A stretch of DNA of 64,000 bases, taken from assembly GCF_000143415.4 (NCBI RefSeq), contig NW_003314380.1, positions 289,227 through 353,226 of the forward strand, written 5' to 3'. Below the pieces are notes generated by a model. That model saw only the letters and a list, made by a program, of their open reading frames with translations, was not told the origin of the DNA and searched no databases. Positions within the stretch are counted from its first letter, which is position 1, and each line of letters opens with the position of its first letter. The stretch comes from Selaginella moellendorffii (Eukaryota > Plantae > Lycopodiophyta). Below are positions 39,435-50,949 of this stretch, one piece after another. Made by a program: the position numbers and the translations under genes.

Positions 39435-40395
39435 CTACATCTCCTTAACGACAGTTTGGAAGCCTTTTCCTTTCTCCCAGTAGTCAGCCAGGGAATGAAT
39501 TCCAAGGTCGGGTCCTTTCATATCAGCTCGCTTCTTCTTCTTCGCAGCAAACGAGACACCATATCGTTCCTCAACATCTACACAATCACGGAGTCAGCAT
39601 CACTAGAGGTACAACAAAGTCTTACCTTTGGCCAATTTATCGTGGAGCTGACCATCCTTTGTGAAGGACATCATGAGCTGCGGCGGCCCCAGAGGCAGCG
39701 CGTCTCCTCGATCAAACTGCCAGAAGTGGAAAGTCTTGCCATACGTCTTGGCGACTTTGGCAAGCTCGGCGTGCTCGGCCATCTCGGGCAGGCCCGGACA
39801 GAAGAGGATGCCGCTCTTCACCTCGTACTCGTGAGAGTGCCAGAGCTTCTTCTCCTCCTCCGGCAGCCCCATGAAGAGAGCTTCGGAGATGATATACTCG
39901 ATGCCGATGAGCCTCGCGTTCGCGTCATCGCTGTCGTAGATAACGCACTGCCGCATGTCTTCGTTTACATGGCCACAGTAGTGGTGGGCTTCTACCTGGC
40001 GGCTCATGTCGTGTCCATAGCCGTGGAAGCTGAGAAGAAACCAAGATAAGGCGTCAGCCAAAGGCAAGCAAAAAGAGAAACTTCTTTGCTCTAAGTTGAT
40101 GTTTTCTCCTGGCAGGAAAACGCACAAGAGGGAAGCTGGAACACCAAAAACTCTATGGAGAAAAGCTTCTTCCAAAACAGAGAAGAGAAAATCGCGAGCC
40201 ACAACAACAACAAAGACGAGAGAGATCTAGAAGGAGCTTGCGATCTTACGCGCAAAGATGTTGATGGATCTTGTTCACTGGAGCGAAGCTTTGGAGGATT
40301 GAAGCGCCGGACTCCAAGACCTTGGTCTTGGTCTCCTTGGCATCGCCAGGAACATACTCCCTCGTCGCCACCGGCCCAGGCCCAACAGCAGCCAT
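39435..40395 (-). CDS. OBAP1: Oil body-associated protein 1 (DUF1264), 3 exons
   Basis: [15 protein letters not shown]|[30 protein letters not shown]...[12 protein letters not shown]; [12 protein letters not shown]; [29 protein letters not shown]. Confidence 0.95.
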
Positions 40396-40465
40396 TCTCT
40401 TCTTCCTCTCGATCAATCGACGAGCTAAAACCCTCTTGCCAAGTGGCGTATATGCACATTGCCAC

Positions 40466-40490
40466 CCGACAGCCACGTGTCACAACGTGC
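40466..40490. promoter_or_regulatory. ABRE/G-box cluster plus DRE core in the OBAP1/AAF divergent promoter
   Basis: CCGAC at 40466-40470; GCCACGTGTC at 40472-40481 (GACACGTGGC on the - strand); CAACGTGC at 40483-40490. About 70-95 bp upstream of the OBAP1 ATG. Confidence 0.65.
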
Positions 40491-40697
40491 AAGCATATTC
40501 TGTTTGCTTTGTATATTCAGTCAGAGGATATTCTGTATATTCTGTTAGGGGCGGGATATTCAGCTTTGGAATCATTTTCTTTTTTGTCTTTGATTTGTGG
40601 CTCTCTCGTGGCCACTACTGAGCGCTGTCTAGGTCGGGGGCCGCGGCATGGCAAAGCGAGCAAGAACCTAGCGCCGTGAGCACCGCCGCTGTAAGTC

Positions 40698-42383
40698 ATG
40701 AGAATCCAGGCGGGAGCGCGCGAGAATGGGACAATATCGAGATTTCGCGCGTGGGATTGCGGCAGCCCCGCCGCCGCGAAGCCGTGCTGCTGCCGGGCTG
40801 CAAAGCCGAATGGCTCGTCTGGCTTGGAAGAGCAAGACAAGTCTGGGCACCAGTGCCGCTTAGCCGAGGCGGCGAAATATGCCCGGCAGGATGCGATGCT
40901 TGTGACGGCCGCAGCGCAGAATATGGACGAGAAAGCTCGAAGTAATCTTCTTCTTTTAGCTCGGTGAGTAAGAGCCTTGTAGCCTTGTTTCTTATTTCTA
41001 CCTTGTATTGATGGCAGGGAGTTTTCGAGATTGGACATGCGTGCTCGCCAAGACATGGCGTTGATAGGATCGACAGTGACAAAACTAGATGGTAAGAACA
41101 TCCTTCTGGAACTTCTATCATTTTGCTTTGACGTTTATATAATTCTTTTTCCAAAGCTCGTGCCAGGGAGAGGGCGCACAGAAAGGCTGACCGCGTCAAT
41201 CGTATAGCCACAGTATTTAGTTTAGAGGATGATTTCCACCCAAGCTAAAGTTTTTTCCGTTTTATTTTCTCTTGTGATTCTCCCATTTTCAGAAGTTGAA
41301 GGAGATTGCAGGCAGCGAATTGAAAGTAGCAGCAACTGAGCATTGGAATGACGGAGCTCTGGATGTAAGCTCCTAAGTCCTGTTCTTTCGATCGTAATGT
41401 ATTCCTCTTACAGGCCGATCTCCGCTTGGCCGATTTACGGGCTCGTAGACGAGCTATGGAAGATTCTTTTGCAACTGTTCAGGTGGCTTGCATATAAATA
41501 TGAATGTGTAAGACTCTCCTTCCGCATGCAGGCAGTGAAGAGCATTCATGATGCTGCCGTCAAGGTGTTGCTGATGAAGTAAGAGATTTTGTGCTTTTTC
41601 TTTGCGGTAGTGAGCATTTTATTATTTGGTTGCAGAGAAAATGCTGAAACTACAACGCTGAATCCTGGCACTGACGAAACTTCACGTCCTGTAAAGAAAA
41701 CAACCTTGGACCGAGTTGCCGAATTTGAGGTCTCTTTCTTTCACTTGTTGTAACAATTTCTAAGCCGTACACAACACGTCTAGTCAACAGGAAGCCTACG
41801 TGAAAATGGCGTCACTGTTGGCGGAGGTCAATGTTTTGGACGATAGTGATCCGGATGAGGTATATGAATATCCTGCTTCAATTCCTGCTGATGTTTGCAT
41901 CTGTCTAGCTCGAATATATAATAGCAACACTTCTCGATATGGATGAAGTTCATGGTGCAAGTGGTGCAACTCTTGTCACGCAGACCGCGAGCTCTCCAGA
42001 TATTGCAACCAGGCAAGGCCTTTTATGTTCTATATCTTGCGAATTGTGGTTCGAGGTCGTTAATTCCTTTTTGTCACGCAGGCGTGCTTTAGTTGATGCC
42101 CTTGCAAATGCACCGTCTCTTTTGGCCCTTGGAAATGCTGGAATCAGCGCATTACAGGTTAGCTCTTTTTTTTTACAGCGGCATTTACCACGCGTCCTAT
42201 GACCCTGGCCAGAGATTAGCTGAAGACGAAAATCTCGAGGTCTCTCGTGCTGCCTCGAAAGCTCTGGATGAACTCCAAAGCGAATGGAAACATATCGATG
42301 CTAGCATGCTTTCCAACAACGTTGACGGTGGCCAGCACTATTTGGATGACACGACATTAATGGAGGACCCGGAAGAAGATTAG
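40698..42383 (+). CDS. AAF: Senescence-associated chloroplast protein AAF/OSA15/SPA15 family, multi-exon; start codon uncertain
   Basis: RARQDMALIGS..TKLD|ARAREG; HWNDGALD|ADLRLADLRARRRAMED; EAYVKMASLLAE; SSPDIATR|RALVDALANAPSLLALGNAGISALQ|RLAEDENLEVSRAASKAL. Confidence 0.9.
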
Positions 42384-42600
42384 TAAGAGGGGACAACTGT
42401 TCGCTTACGTAGAAAGGAGGCTCCGCGGACTATAAAATTACGATGCATGTGCAGAGATGCTCCACTGAGATATGGTTCGTGCGATTTCTTAAAATCTTAC
42501 AGCTCTGCTGGAAAGGTTACATCAGAAGGTCTGTGGTGCCCTGTATTGTTCTCTTTTCTCTTGCCCCTTTACTCAGGCTGTGAGGAGCGCGATTGAGCGA

Positions 42601-43221
42601 ATGAAATCGATTATATTCCCAGGTAAGCTCGTCTTAAAATGATTGAGCTAACGGTGTGATTCCATCCATCATCGGAGCGAGCTTTGTGTCCAGCAACTAG
42701 GGAAGCCGTTTTGAGGGGCGCAGTTTCAACGGTCCCTGTGCTGGACACTCCGCACTCCGCACACTCCGCACTCAAATCTCCAGGTTCGCTTTCCAGGGAA
42801 AAGGCAATCTTTGTAAGATTTTGATTTTCACTCTTGATTGCAGACAGATACTCCTCCTGCTTCCAAAGTATTTGCCACGCGTGAGCCCTTCGGACGATTC
42901 TCTAAAGAGCGTCAAAAACTCTTCCATTTCCCCCGAGCAGTTGCTGCTGCGAATCGCTTGGAAATCATGCTCGGGGATATCGCAAGACAGCAGCAGGCCG
43001 TCCTGGAACATCTGTCTCTCTCTCTCTGGTAAACTTTCCTTGCTTTATACTGTTTCATATGCGCACCTTCTCAATCAGGAAATTGGAGGAGCTCTTGTTA
43101 CACGCGAGAGTTCGAAGCTCACAAGGTACTCTAAAACACTTGTCTAAAATATTCTAGATTTCTTTCTTGAACGCGTGGTCTTGCTTAATCCTTAGGAGTA
43201 TCGTCAGCTGTAATCTCGTGA
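42601..43221 (+). CDS. Candidate small spliced gene of unknown family (about 120 aa)
   Basis: GT-AG introns 42623-42693, 42784-42847, 43029-43078 and 43126-43195 join into an open frame, MKSIIFPATREAV...FHFPRAVAAANRLEIMLGDIARQQQAVLEHLSLSLWKLEELLL...AVIS*. TATAAAA at 42431. Confidence 0.5.
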
Positions 43222-43784
43222 ATGGGCCGGAAACTTATATTTGTCCGGTCAGAGCGTTTTTAAGGCTCCAAAGTTGGAGAGCTATGATGCTTGTTATATG
43301 CCAAAATATTTCCTTTTTGACTTAATGGCCTTTTATTATATACAAGTAACAGTAAGCGAATTTATCCATGAGAGAATCAAAAACTTTAGTTTGAGGCTGA
43401 AATCCACCACGACACTCCCGAGACACTGACCAGCATGATGCATATATTATATGTCTGTGCCAAAGAATTTGAGGTGTCCTGTGAGAAATGGATTTGGAAA
43501 AGACGATCTTACATCAAAGCCTGTGATGTCATGGTTTCGCATCCGTCCTCCCAATGGGTGTGTCCTCACTATAAAGAAATGCGAGCGCGCGAGCGCTTGG
43601 AAGAGTGTATCCAACTTAAGAGTGCATGACTGCGCCTGTGCTTGTCATTGTCGCCCAATATCACGTCCCGCTGTTTGCCAGTAGCTGCGAGCTCGAGTTT
43701 TATAATCGTATCGCAGCTTGTTCACTTGCAGTCCTGGAAAAGAGAGAATTTTAGGCTGCTAGATCGACAAATAGCCGAGTATCG

Positions 43785-45021
43785 ATGGCGGAGCTCAATG
43801 CCGACAAGGTTGCTCCAGAAGAGACCATGCCCAAAGGTGAGATCCACCTTGCATATAAAGAACCGAAACGTACGGTGTTGGTATTTTGGTTTTCCAGGCT
43901 TGAGTGCTTTCGATGGCGAATGGAGCACGGCCTTGGCGCGGGCCTTGAGGAGCAAGAGCCGCAAGCACTGGCTGCTGCTGTGCCTGAGCTCCACCGGAAT
44001 GTTCGTCGGTTTCATCGCCGCCACGCTGCTCATGCGCTTCTACTATTCCAACGGTGGCTCCCGGCGCTGGCTCTGCGGCTGGGTCCAAACCGCTGGCTGG
44101 CCGGTCTGTGCTCTCGCAATGCTGATCGTCTACTTCAAAGCCAGCAGCAGCAGCAACAGCAGCAGCAGCGATTCCCCCGGCCACCACCACCTTCTCGCAC
44201 CCTTCAGCTTCAAACTCGTCGCTGCTTTCGCTTCCATCGGCTGCCTCATCGCTCTCGACAACTTCCTCTACTCGTGGGGGATGTCGTATCTCCCGGCCTC
44301 CACTGCAGGACTCTTGACATCCAGCCAGCTCGCCTTCAACTCCCTCTTCGCCTTGTTCCTCCTCCGGAAGAGCATCGGCCCATACGTCTGGAACTCCATC
44401 GTGCTCGTCAGCTCCAGTGCCGTGCTCTTGGGCCTCCACTCCAGCTCCGACGAGCTTCCGGGAGTTAGCCGGGAGCAGACGGGGCACGGCTATGTCATGA
44501 CGATCACTGCTGCTGGACTCTACGGCCTCATCCTGTCCCTCACCGAGCTCGTCTTTGCCAAAGTCCTGGGCCGAAAGTCCACCTTGCTAGTCTTGCAAAT
44601 GCAAACCTCCACCGCGCTGGTTGCTACCATCGTCTCCACTGTCGGCATGGCCATCAACAACGACTTTGAGGCGATTCACGTCGAGGCCGCGGCGTTCAAG
44701 GCCGGAAGTCTCGCCTACTTCGTGACTTTGTTGTGCTCCACTCTGGCCTGGCAAGCTGCGTTCCTGGGAACAATGGGTGTTATTTTTCTCTCATCGTCGC
44801 TGCTGGCTGGAGTGATTCTTACCGTGGTGATCCCAGTGGGAGCAGTGTTTGCATATATCTTCTTCCATGACGCTTTTGGTGGGCTTAAAGTCATGGCTCT
44901 GCTCCTCTCCTGCTGGGGATTCGTATCGTATGTGTATGGCGGCTACGTTGAATCGAGCGCGGCACCGCCGGCAATTCCTGACAACAAGGAGGAGCACGAA
45001 GAATATGTCAGCTCGGTTTGA
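43785..45021 (+). CDS. Purine permease (PUP family), 2 exons
   Basis: MAELNADKVAPEETMPK, an intron at about 43837-43897, then RFYYSNGGSRRWLCGWVQTAGWP, YLPASTAGLLTSSQLAFN, SSSLLAGVI and WGFVSYVYGGY; about 10 hydrophobic segments. Confidence 0.94.
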
Positions 45022-45572
45022 ATCAAATCAAACGGAGAACAAAGAGAAAGCAAAGAATAAGGAGAAAAAAGGAAGGCACTTGCGATTAGAAAGAAAGCAT
45101 GGTGGGATGATTCCATCATCCACTTTGCAAAAGCTTGCGTACGCTAGTATGTTTTCTCCCTCCTGAGGCGCTCTCTTTTATACTTTCTTTGAGGATTTTA
45201 GAAATCTCTAAGATCTGTGTGAGTTCTCAGAAACTACGTTCCACTTTAAGGAGTACTAAGAAATTCTATCTATCTCTTTTCTTCCTTCTTGCAGCGCAAG
45301 AATCCGGGGTAAAATGCAAGAGAATCGATCTAAAGCCTGTGGAATGCTCTTGTCACCACCTGTGTCTTGCTTGTTGCTCGTTGCTCCCTTGGTGTCATAC
45401 CCAGCATCTTTAGAAAGAATGCGGTAGGAAATCGCGATTGAGAGCCAAGCGCGCGATCGAGCTGAAAAGAGACATACCTGTGGGCGCCATAATATTGTTG
45501 TGGGCGCCATTGTGGACGAGACGTAAGAACCCTAGCTTTCTGGATTGGCATGAAATATTATTTAGGGTAGGT

Positions 45573-48144
45573 ATGAGCGACGAAGAACACGAGGAAGGCG
45601 CCGGAGGGATCGATGAGGCGGCGCTGGATCACGTCGTGGAGCAGCAGAGCCGTCGCCGGATGACGGACAATGAGCGGCATCAGGTGGAGCAAATCGAGGC
45701 GCTCGAGATGGAAGAGCTCGAGGAGGAGGAGGAGGAGGAAGACAATGAATCGCACATCAGGTAGCTCCATTTTTCTCTTTCGATCATTTGATTATGGGAT
45801 TGCTAGCTTGTTTGATTGATCTATTCTTTTCTTTTCATGTGTTCTTTGCCTCGGAATTCTTTGGTATGATCTGCATTTTTTGTTCATGAACCACAGACCT
45901 TTTCTTCAAGGAATTCTTGTGTGTTTTCTTCTGCTGCGAATAAGTTCTTGAGGATTCATGATTTAGATGTTCTTTTCTTATGGCAAGAACTAAAAGAACG
46001 TTGCTACGCAGGCATGGACGCATCGCTAGAGCTCCTCCTCAGCCTGGATTCACGTTTGATACATCTCTAGCGAGCAGACACGTGTACCTTGGTGGTAAGA
46101 TCTTATTGTTCTATCGGTCCAGATCTTAGAGTCAACTCGATAGATGTGGACGACACGGGACACATTCGTGCGTTCCTGGAAGAAGGTAGCGTCGTGAGGC
46201 TTCCTATTTTATACTTGGAAGGTGAAGATTTGTGCCTTTGGGGTGATCGCTTCTAAAGTATGCTTTTGCAGGCATTGTTCTTTTTCCAGAAGCCACGCTT
46301 CCTCTCAAAGTTGTGCGGCGGAGGTGTAAGGCCGCCGTCGTGACGGCTATAAGTCAGGACCATGCACCGTATACACTCGCTGTGGTATTGTTCTGACTCT
46401 TCTTGGTTTGCATTTCCGTCCATGCACTTCAAAAAACAATGCTTTCTTTAGATGGTTGCCAGACAGAAACGTGTGTTGATGGAGAGAAAATCTTTCTAAC
46501 TTAGATATGTGCAGCACTATTTCCTGATACGTAAGCATTAACCGGTTCTTTAATCAGTAAGAATCAGTAGTTCTTTAATCTCCCCGGTTTTCATTTTCCA
46601 GCTTCACGTTGGGCGGAAGGACAATGCTGTTTATCCTGCTCTCGTGGGAACCACAGCTGAGGTATGACATCATCGTTTCGGTTTTGCTCATTTACGTTTG
46701 CTTGCAACTAGCAGATTCGTCAACTAAGGCACTCACTTGATGGTTCCATCACCGTTGTTGCAAGGGGCCGTCAAAGGTTTCGAGTTCAAGATGCGTGGAG
46801 TGATGACAATGATACGGTAACGAGATTTTATATTCATTTCCCGGATGCTTTGTTATTTCTCTTTTCTTTCCTCAGCCATGTTGTCTAGTCAAGATACTTG
46901 AAGAAACGAGACCTTTGCAAGTCCCAAGAGATGCTTTTTCGGCCAAGGCTGCTGTGCCCAGCAGAGAAAGTGGAAAAGTCCCTCGTGCCATTCATGAGTC
47001 TCCTGATCCCGTGGAAGACGACGATGAGGTACCTCTGGACGCGGGCCCTGAAGCTAGTGGTGATATAAGGAGTCAAGTGACACGGTTCCTGAATGGCCAG
47101 GGAACTCTGACGCATCTGCTACTACAGTTTCACCACGACGACAGTGACGAAGAGGACGGTAGTATGGTACTTCCCAGATGGCTCAGAAGACGGAATGTAG
47201 AGGATCTGGATACTTCACCTTCCGTGGAAAGAAACTTACCAGCAACATCGTCTCAGCCTGTTAATCAAAACCAAGCTGGCGAGAGCTCTGAAAACGCCAT
47301 GACTCGTAAATGGTCCCGCTCGGATGGAGAGTGGGGTGGTGCTTCCAAAGCTTGGGCTAGAGACGAGGCCAAGTGGATTTCTAGGGGACAACGGGCTGCT
47401 TGGCCACACTGGGTCTACCGGATGTATGACGCGTATGATCTATCTCGCAGAGCAGCAGGTAAGGTACAGAAAAACAAATTCTGAGAGCTTTATCCTCGGT
47501 GGTCTTACCTCTGCTTGATCCCAGATATGTGGAGACAAATGGTCGAGCTTCCTAGCATGGATGAACTCGTCGGTAATCCTGGACTACTGTCGTTCTTCAT
47601 TGCTAGCAAGATGCCGCTTCCAGACGAGACTAGGCAGGAGCTTCTTGAGTTGGACGTCGTTTACAGGCTGCGAAGGGAAGTCCAGCTTCTCGAGAGCATG
47701 GATCTCATTCGCTGCAAGAGTTGCAAAGTAGGCCTCTCTGTCTTTTGTTTTTCTTTACATGTGATCTGTAAATGTTTTTTTCAGGCAACAATTGCTAGGC
47801 GGAGTGACATGCTTGTCATGTCTGCTGACGGTCCTATGAACGCTTTCGTGAACGAGCACGGCTACGTGCATGAGACGCTTACTCTTCGCAAAGCACAAGG
47901 GCTCAACTTACGTGGTCGTCCGGAGACACAGCACAGCTGGTTTCCCGGGTAAGATTACAGTATTCTCTTCCTCTTCTCTCTCACTTGAGTTGTTTTCTAT
48001 CGTAGCTATGCCTGGACGATCGCGAACTGCGTGTGCGACGCACATATGGGATGGAGATTCACGGCTGCAAAGAGCGGCATGAATCCGAAAGGCTTTTGGG
48101 GGATCCGGAGGTCGCAAATCGCAGGCACTGGTCCGGAGCAGTAG
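45573..48144 (+). CDS. CRBN: Cereblon homolog (LON N-domain plus CULT/thalidomide-binding domain), multi-exon
   Basis: FTFDTSLASRHVYLG; LEG|IVLFPEATLPLKV; VGTTAE|IRQ; ARGRQRFRV; WPHWVYRMYDAY; RQELLELD...RLRRE; [26 protein letters not shown]...GWRF...FWGIRRSQI. Confidence 0.94.
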
Positions 48145-49376
48145 AGACGACGTTGGTAAGCTCCTCCCATTTTTTTTGGATTTCCTTCTTGTCTTGTTTT
48201 GTTTTTGTGCTGCTCCAGACGTAGATTTTGCGAAGGAATATTAAAGATCAGTGTTGGAGGTTGGAAGCCGTTACAGAAGAAATTCTCGCTCGCAGGGAAG
48301 ATTTGCTCCTCGATTTGTTCTCGCAATCCATTCTCTCTCGACGACGGAGAACAGAGTTCCTCCAAAAGAGAACCAATGAGAAAAAAAACCAAAAGGCTCT
48401 GCTGCCGCTCGCTGGAATCTAGTTGTTACTTAAGATTATGATCAACCATGATTGTCTGGCGTGAGACTTCCTGGCAGCATATCCGCGGGATAATCCACAG
48501 CGGGAGGGGTATATGCCTCGCCACGTCTGGGAATATCCCAGGACATGGAGCCCATGGAAATGGCTGACACGCTGCGCAATAGTGGCGTTTTGGCGGCATC
48601 GTAGTTTTAGGCAACGCAACGGAAAGCCAACACTCGCCTTTGATTGGACCGAGAGAAAAAAAAGAAAATGTGGCAAGATTTTTTGAGCGCAGGTGAATGT
48701 GATCGCAAAATACCAAAAACTTTGGCACTGGTAATTGGAAATAATTACCCTGTGCTTCGTTTGAGAATGTTTTCTTTTCTCTTACCAACTTTGTTTAAGA
48801 CGAGATAAAAATGTTAGCGAAAACTTACCGGCAGTGAAGAACACTGACACCCGGTGAGATTTGATAGCGTTTCGTTTCGTTTTTCCTGACCGCTGCCACT
48901 GGCGACAAATCTAAATGATAGTCCCCAGCGCAACTTGGAGAAAAAAGGATTAACCACAGTGAGAGCGAGTCGGAAGAACAAAAAAAAGTTGTAAGCGAAA
49001 GTTTGCTCTATCCAAATCTATTTCTTCTCTTTTTTTTTCTTCTCTCGCTCTCGCTGCTGGGAGAATTTGGTCGGTCAGACAGTCACGATTTTTTTCTTCC
49101 TCATTCCCAATTCTCAGCTTCCAGCTCTAAGATCGTCGCTGCTCCATCCCAATTCTCGATCGTTATCTTTTCGTGAAGTGCAAGCCACCGCGAGAGAGAG
49201 AGAGAGAGAGGATTTTTTTCTCTTTCCTCGAGCTGGCTTCTCCCACACGCTGTGTATCTTATAGACTCTAGTCGAGATATGAGCGCTGCTGGAGAGAGAT
49301 AGGATCGTCGCCAAGCGTTCTCTAGAACAGTCTTCTTTCTCGCTTGGATCACGTCGCGAGCATCGATCAAGTGGCA

Positions 49377-50469
49377 ATGGAGGAGTCGGCGTCGTCCAGG
49401 CCGGGAAGGAAATGCACGGTGCGTGGTTGCATCAAGCCCACCTCCGGGCCATGGAAGGTCAAGAGGCCGGCTGGGAAAGGCGGCGTGGTATGGAGGAATC
49501 CCACGGAGCGGGAGCGCGAGAACAACAAGAAGAGGGAGAGACGGCGCCGCGCGGTGGCGGCCAAGATCTTTGCCGGGCTGCGAGCGCACGGTGGCTACGC
49601 TCTCCCCAAGCACGCCGATCACAACGAGGTTCTCAAGGCGCTGTGCGACGAGGCGGGCTGGCACGTCGAGGAAGATGGCACCATCTACAAGAAAGTAAGA
49701 AGCTCTCCATACTTTCCCCTTGAAAAAGTTCTTATAGTTTTGTCCAAGAGAACTATGATCATCAACTTACACTAGTTCTTTGCTCTGTTAGGGGTGTAGC
49801 GAGATGATGAAGAGAGCGAAGGAGACTTCCTCCGCGAAGCCCTTGGAGACGAGCCCTTCTTCGTCTTCGTTGAATAGCAGGCAGCACGATCAAAGCGAGA
49901 CTTCGAGCGGAGAAGACCTGAGCGCCAGGAAGAAGAGCCACCATCAGCAGCAGCAGCAGCAGCAGCAAAATGCTCTGCGTGATCTTCTCGCTCACCGGCA
50001 ATCATCTCTAGCTATCGGCGCCGATCATGCCAGCGCAATCTACAGCTTCCAAGACTGCCAATCACGGCTTGGATCGCCTCGCTCATCAACTCCCGCAGCT
50101 TCGCCGCCACCATTTCCAGCAGCAGCCTTGAGCCTGGAGCACCAGTTCCTTCCTCTCGCAAGGCATGATCACGCGTTCGCTCTTCCCGTGTTTCCCGTGG
50201 ATCATGCAAGATCGCTAAACCAAAGCTGCGTACCTTCTTATAACGTCAAGGAAGAGCTCTTGAGCCAGCATGACCAGGCAAGTTTCTATCCCTCGAGGAG
50301 ATTTGTCGTAGCAAATCACCAGCTGCTGGAAGAGAGCAAGGGGATTGGCAGTAGTCCGGCTGCTGCTGCAAATTATAACACAGAGAGTATTTCCACGCCA
50401 AGCTCATCCAGTAATGCTGAAAACCTGGATGGGCTGTCCCTCACATTGTATACATCTTCAAGTAAGTAG
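49377..50469 (+). CDS. BES1/BZR1-family transcription factor with an N-terminal GCIK..GPW extension and a C-terminal EAR-like motif, 2 exons
   Basis: [65 protein letters not shown]; intron 49695-49791; poly-Q (CAG) tract; C-terminal LSLTL. Confidence 0.93.
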
Positions 50470-50949
50470 GAGCAATGAAATTTGTGTATACCGTTAAGTA
50501 TTCAACAATAATCAAATTTAAATGTTTTTAAAGCTTATTTATTCATTTATTTTTTAAAATGTGTTGCATGATATCATTTTCTGATGTTAAATATATTATA
50601 ATTCAAAAACACTGTTTTAAGTAACTAATATTTGCCTTTTTTTGTAATTTTTATTTAATCTAATGTCAAATGCTTTTATTTCTTTTTTGTATGGTGGTTC
50701 GACAATGCTGTCAGCAACAGATCCATGATGCTCACCAGGATAATCACAAATACCAACAGTGGATCCACCGGTACAAAGTTTAGACACAAGGACGAGTGGA
50801 ATAAAGTTGACCTTTCAGTAACTCCTTGATCTAAACTTGAAGTTTGTAAGATTTTTCTTTTTTCGAAGATTACAACATCAAGTTCTGCTGTGGAAACTTG
50901 AATGGTCCATCTTGAGATCACTACCAACCAATGGAGGTTCTACTCCTCA

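Noticed and set aside
42772-43011. Minus-strand ORF MFQDGLLL... as a gene
   Set aside because: The splice signals in this region consistently favour the plus strand.
29982-48144. Three ubiquitin-ligase substrate-receptor genes (FBL15, FBL11, CRBN) as a functional cluster
   Set aside because: Unrelated families interspersed with unrelated genes; such genes are common in plants and nothing here shows co-regulation.
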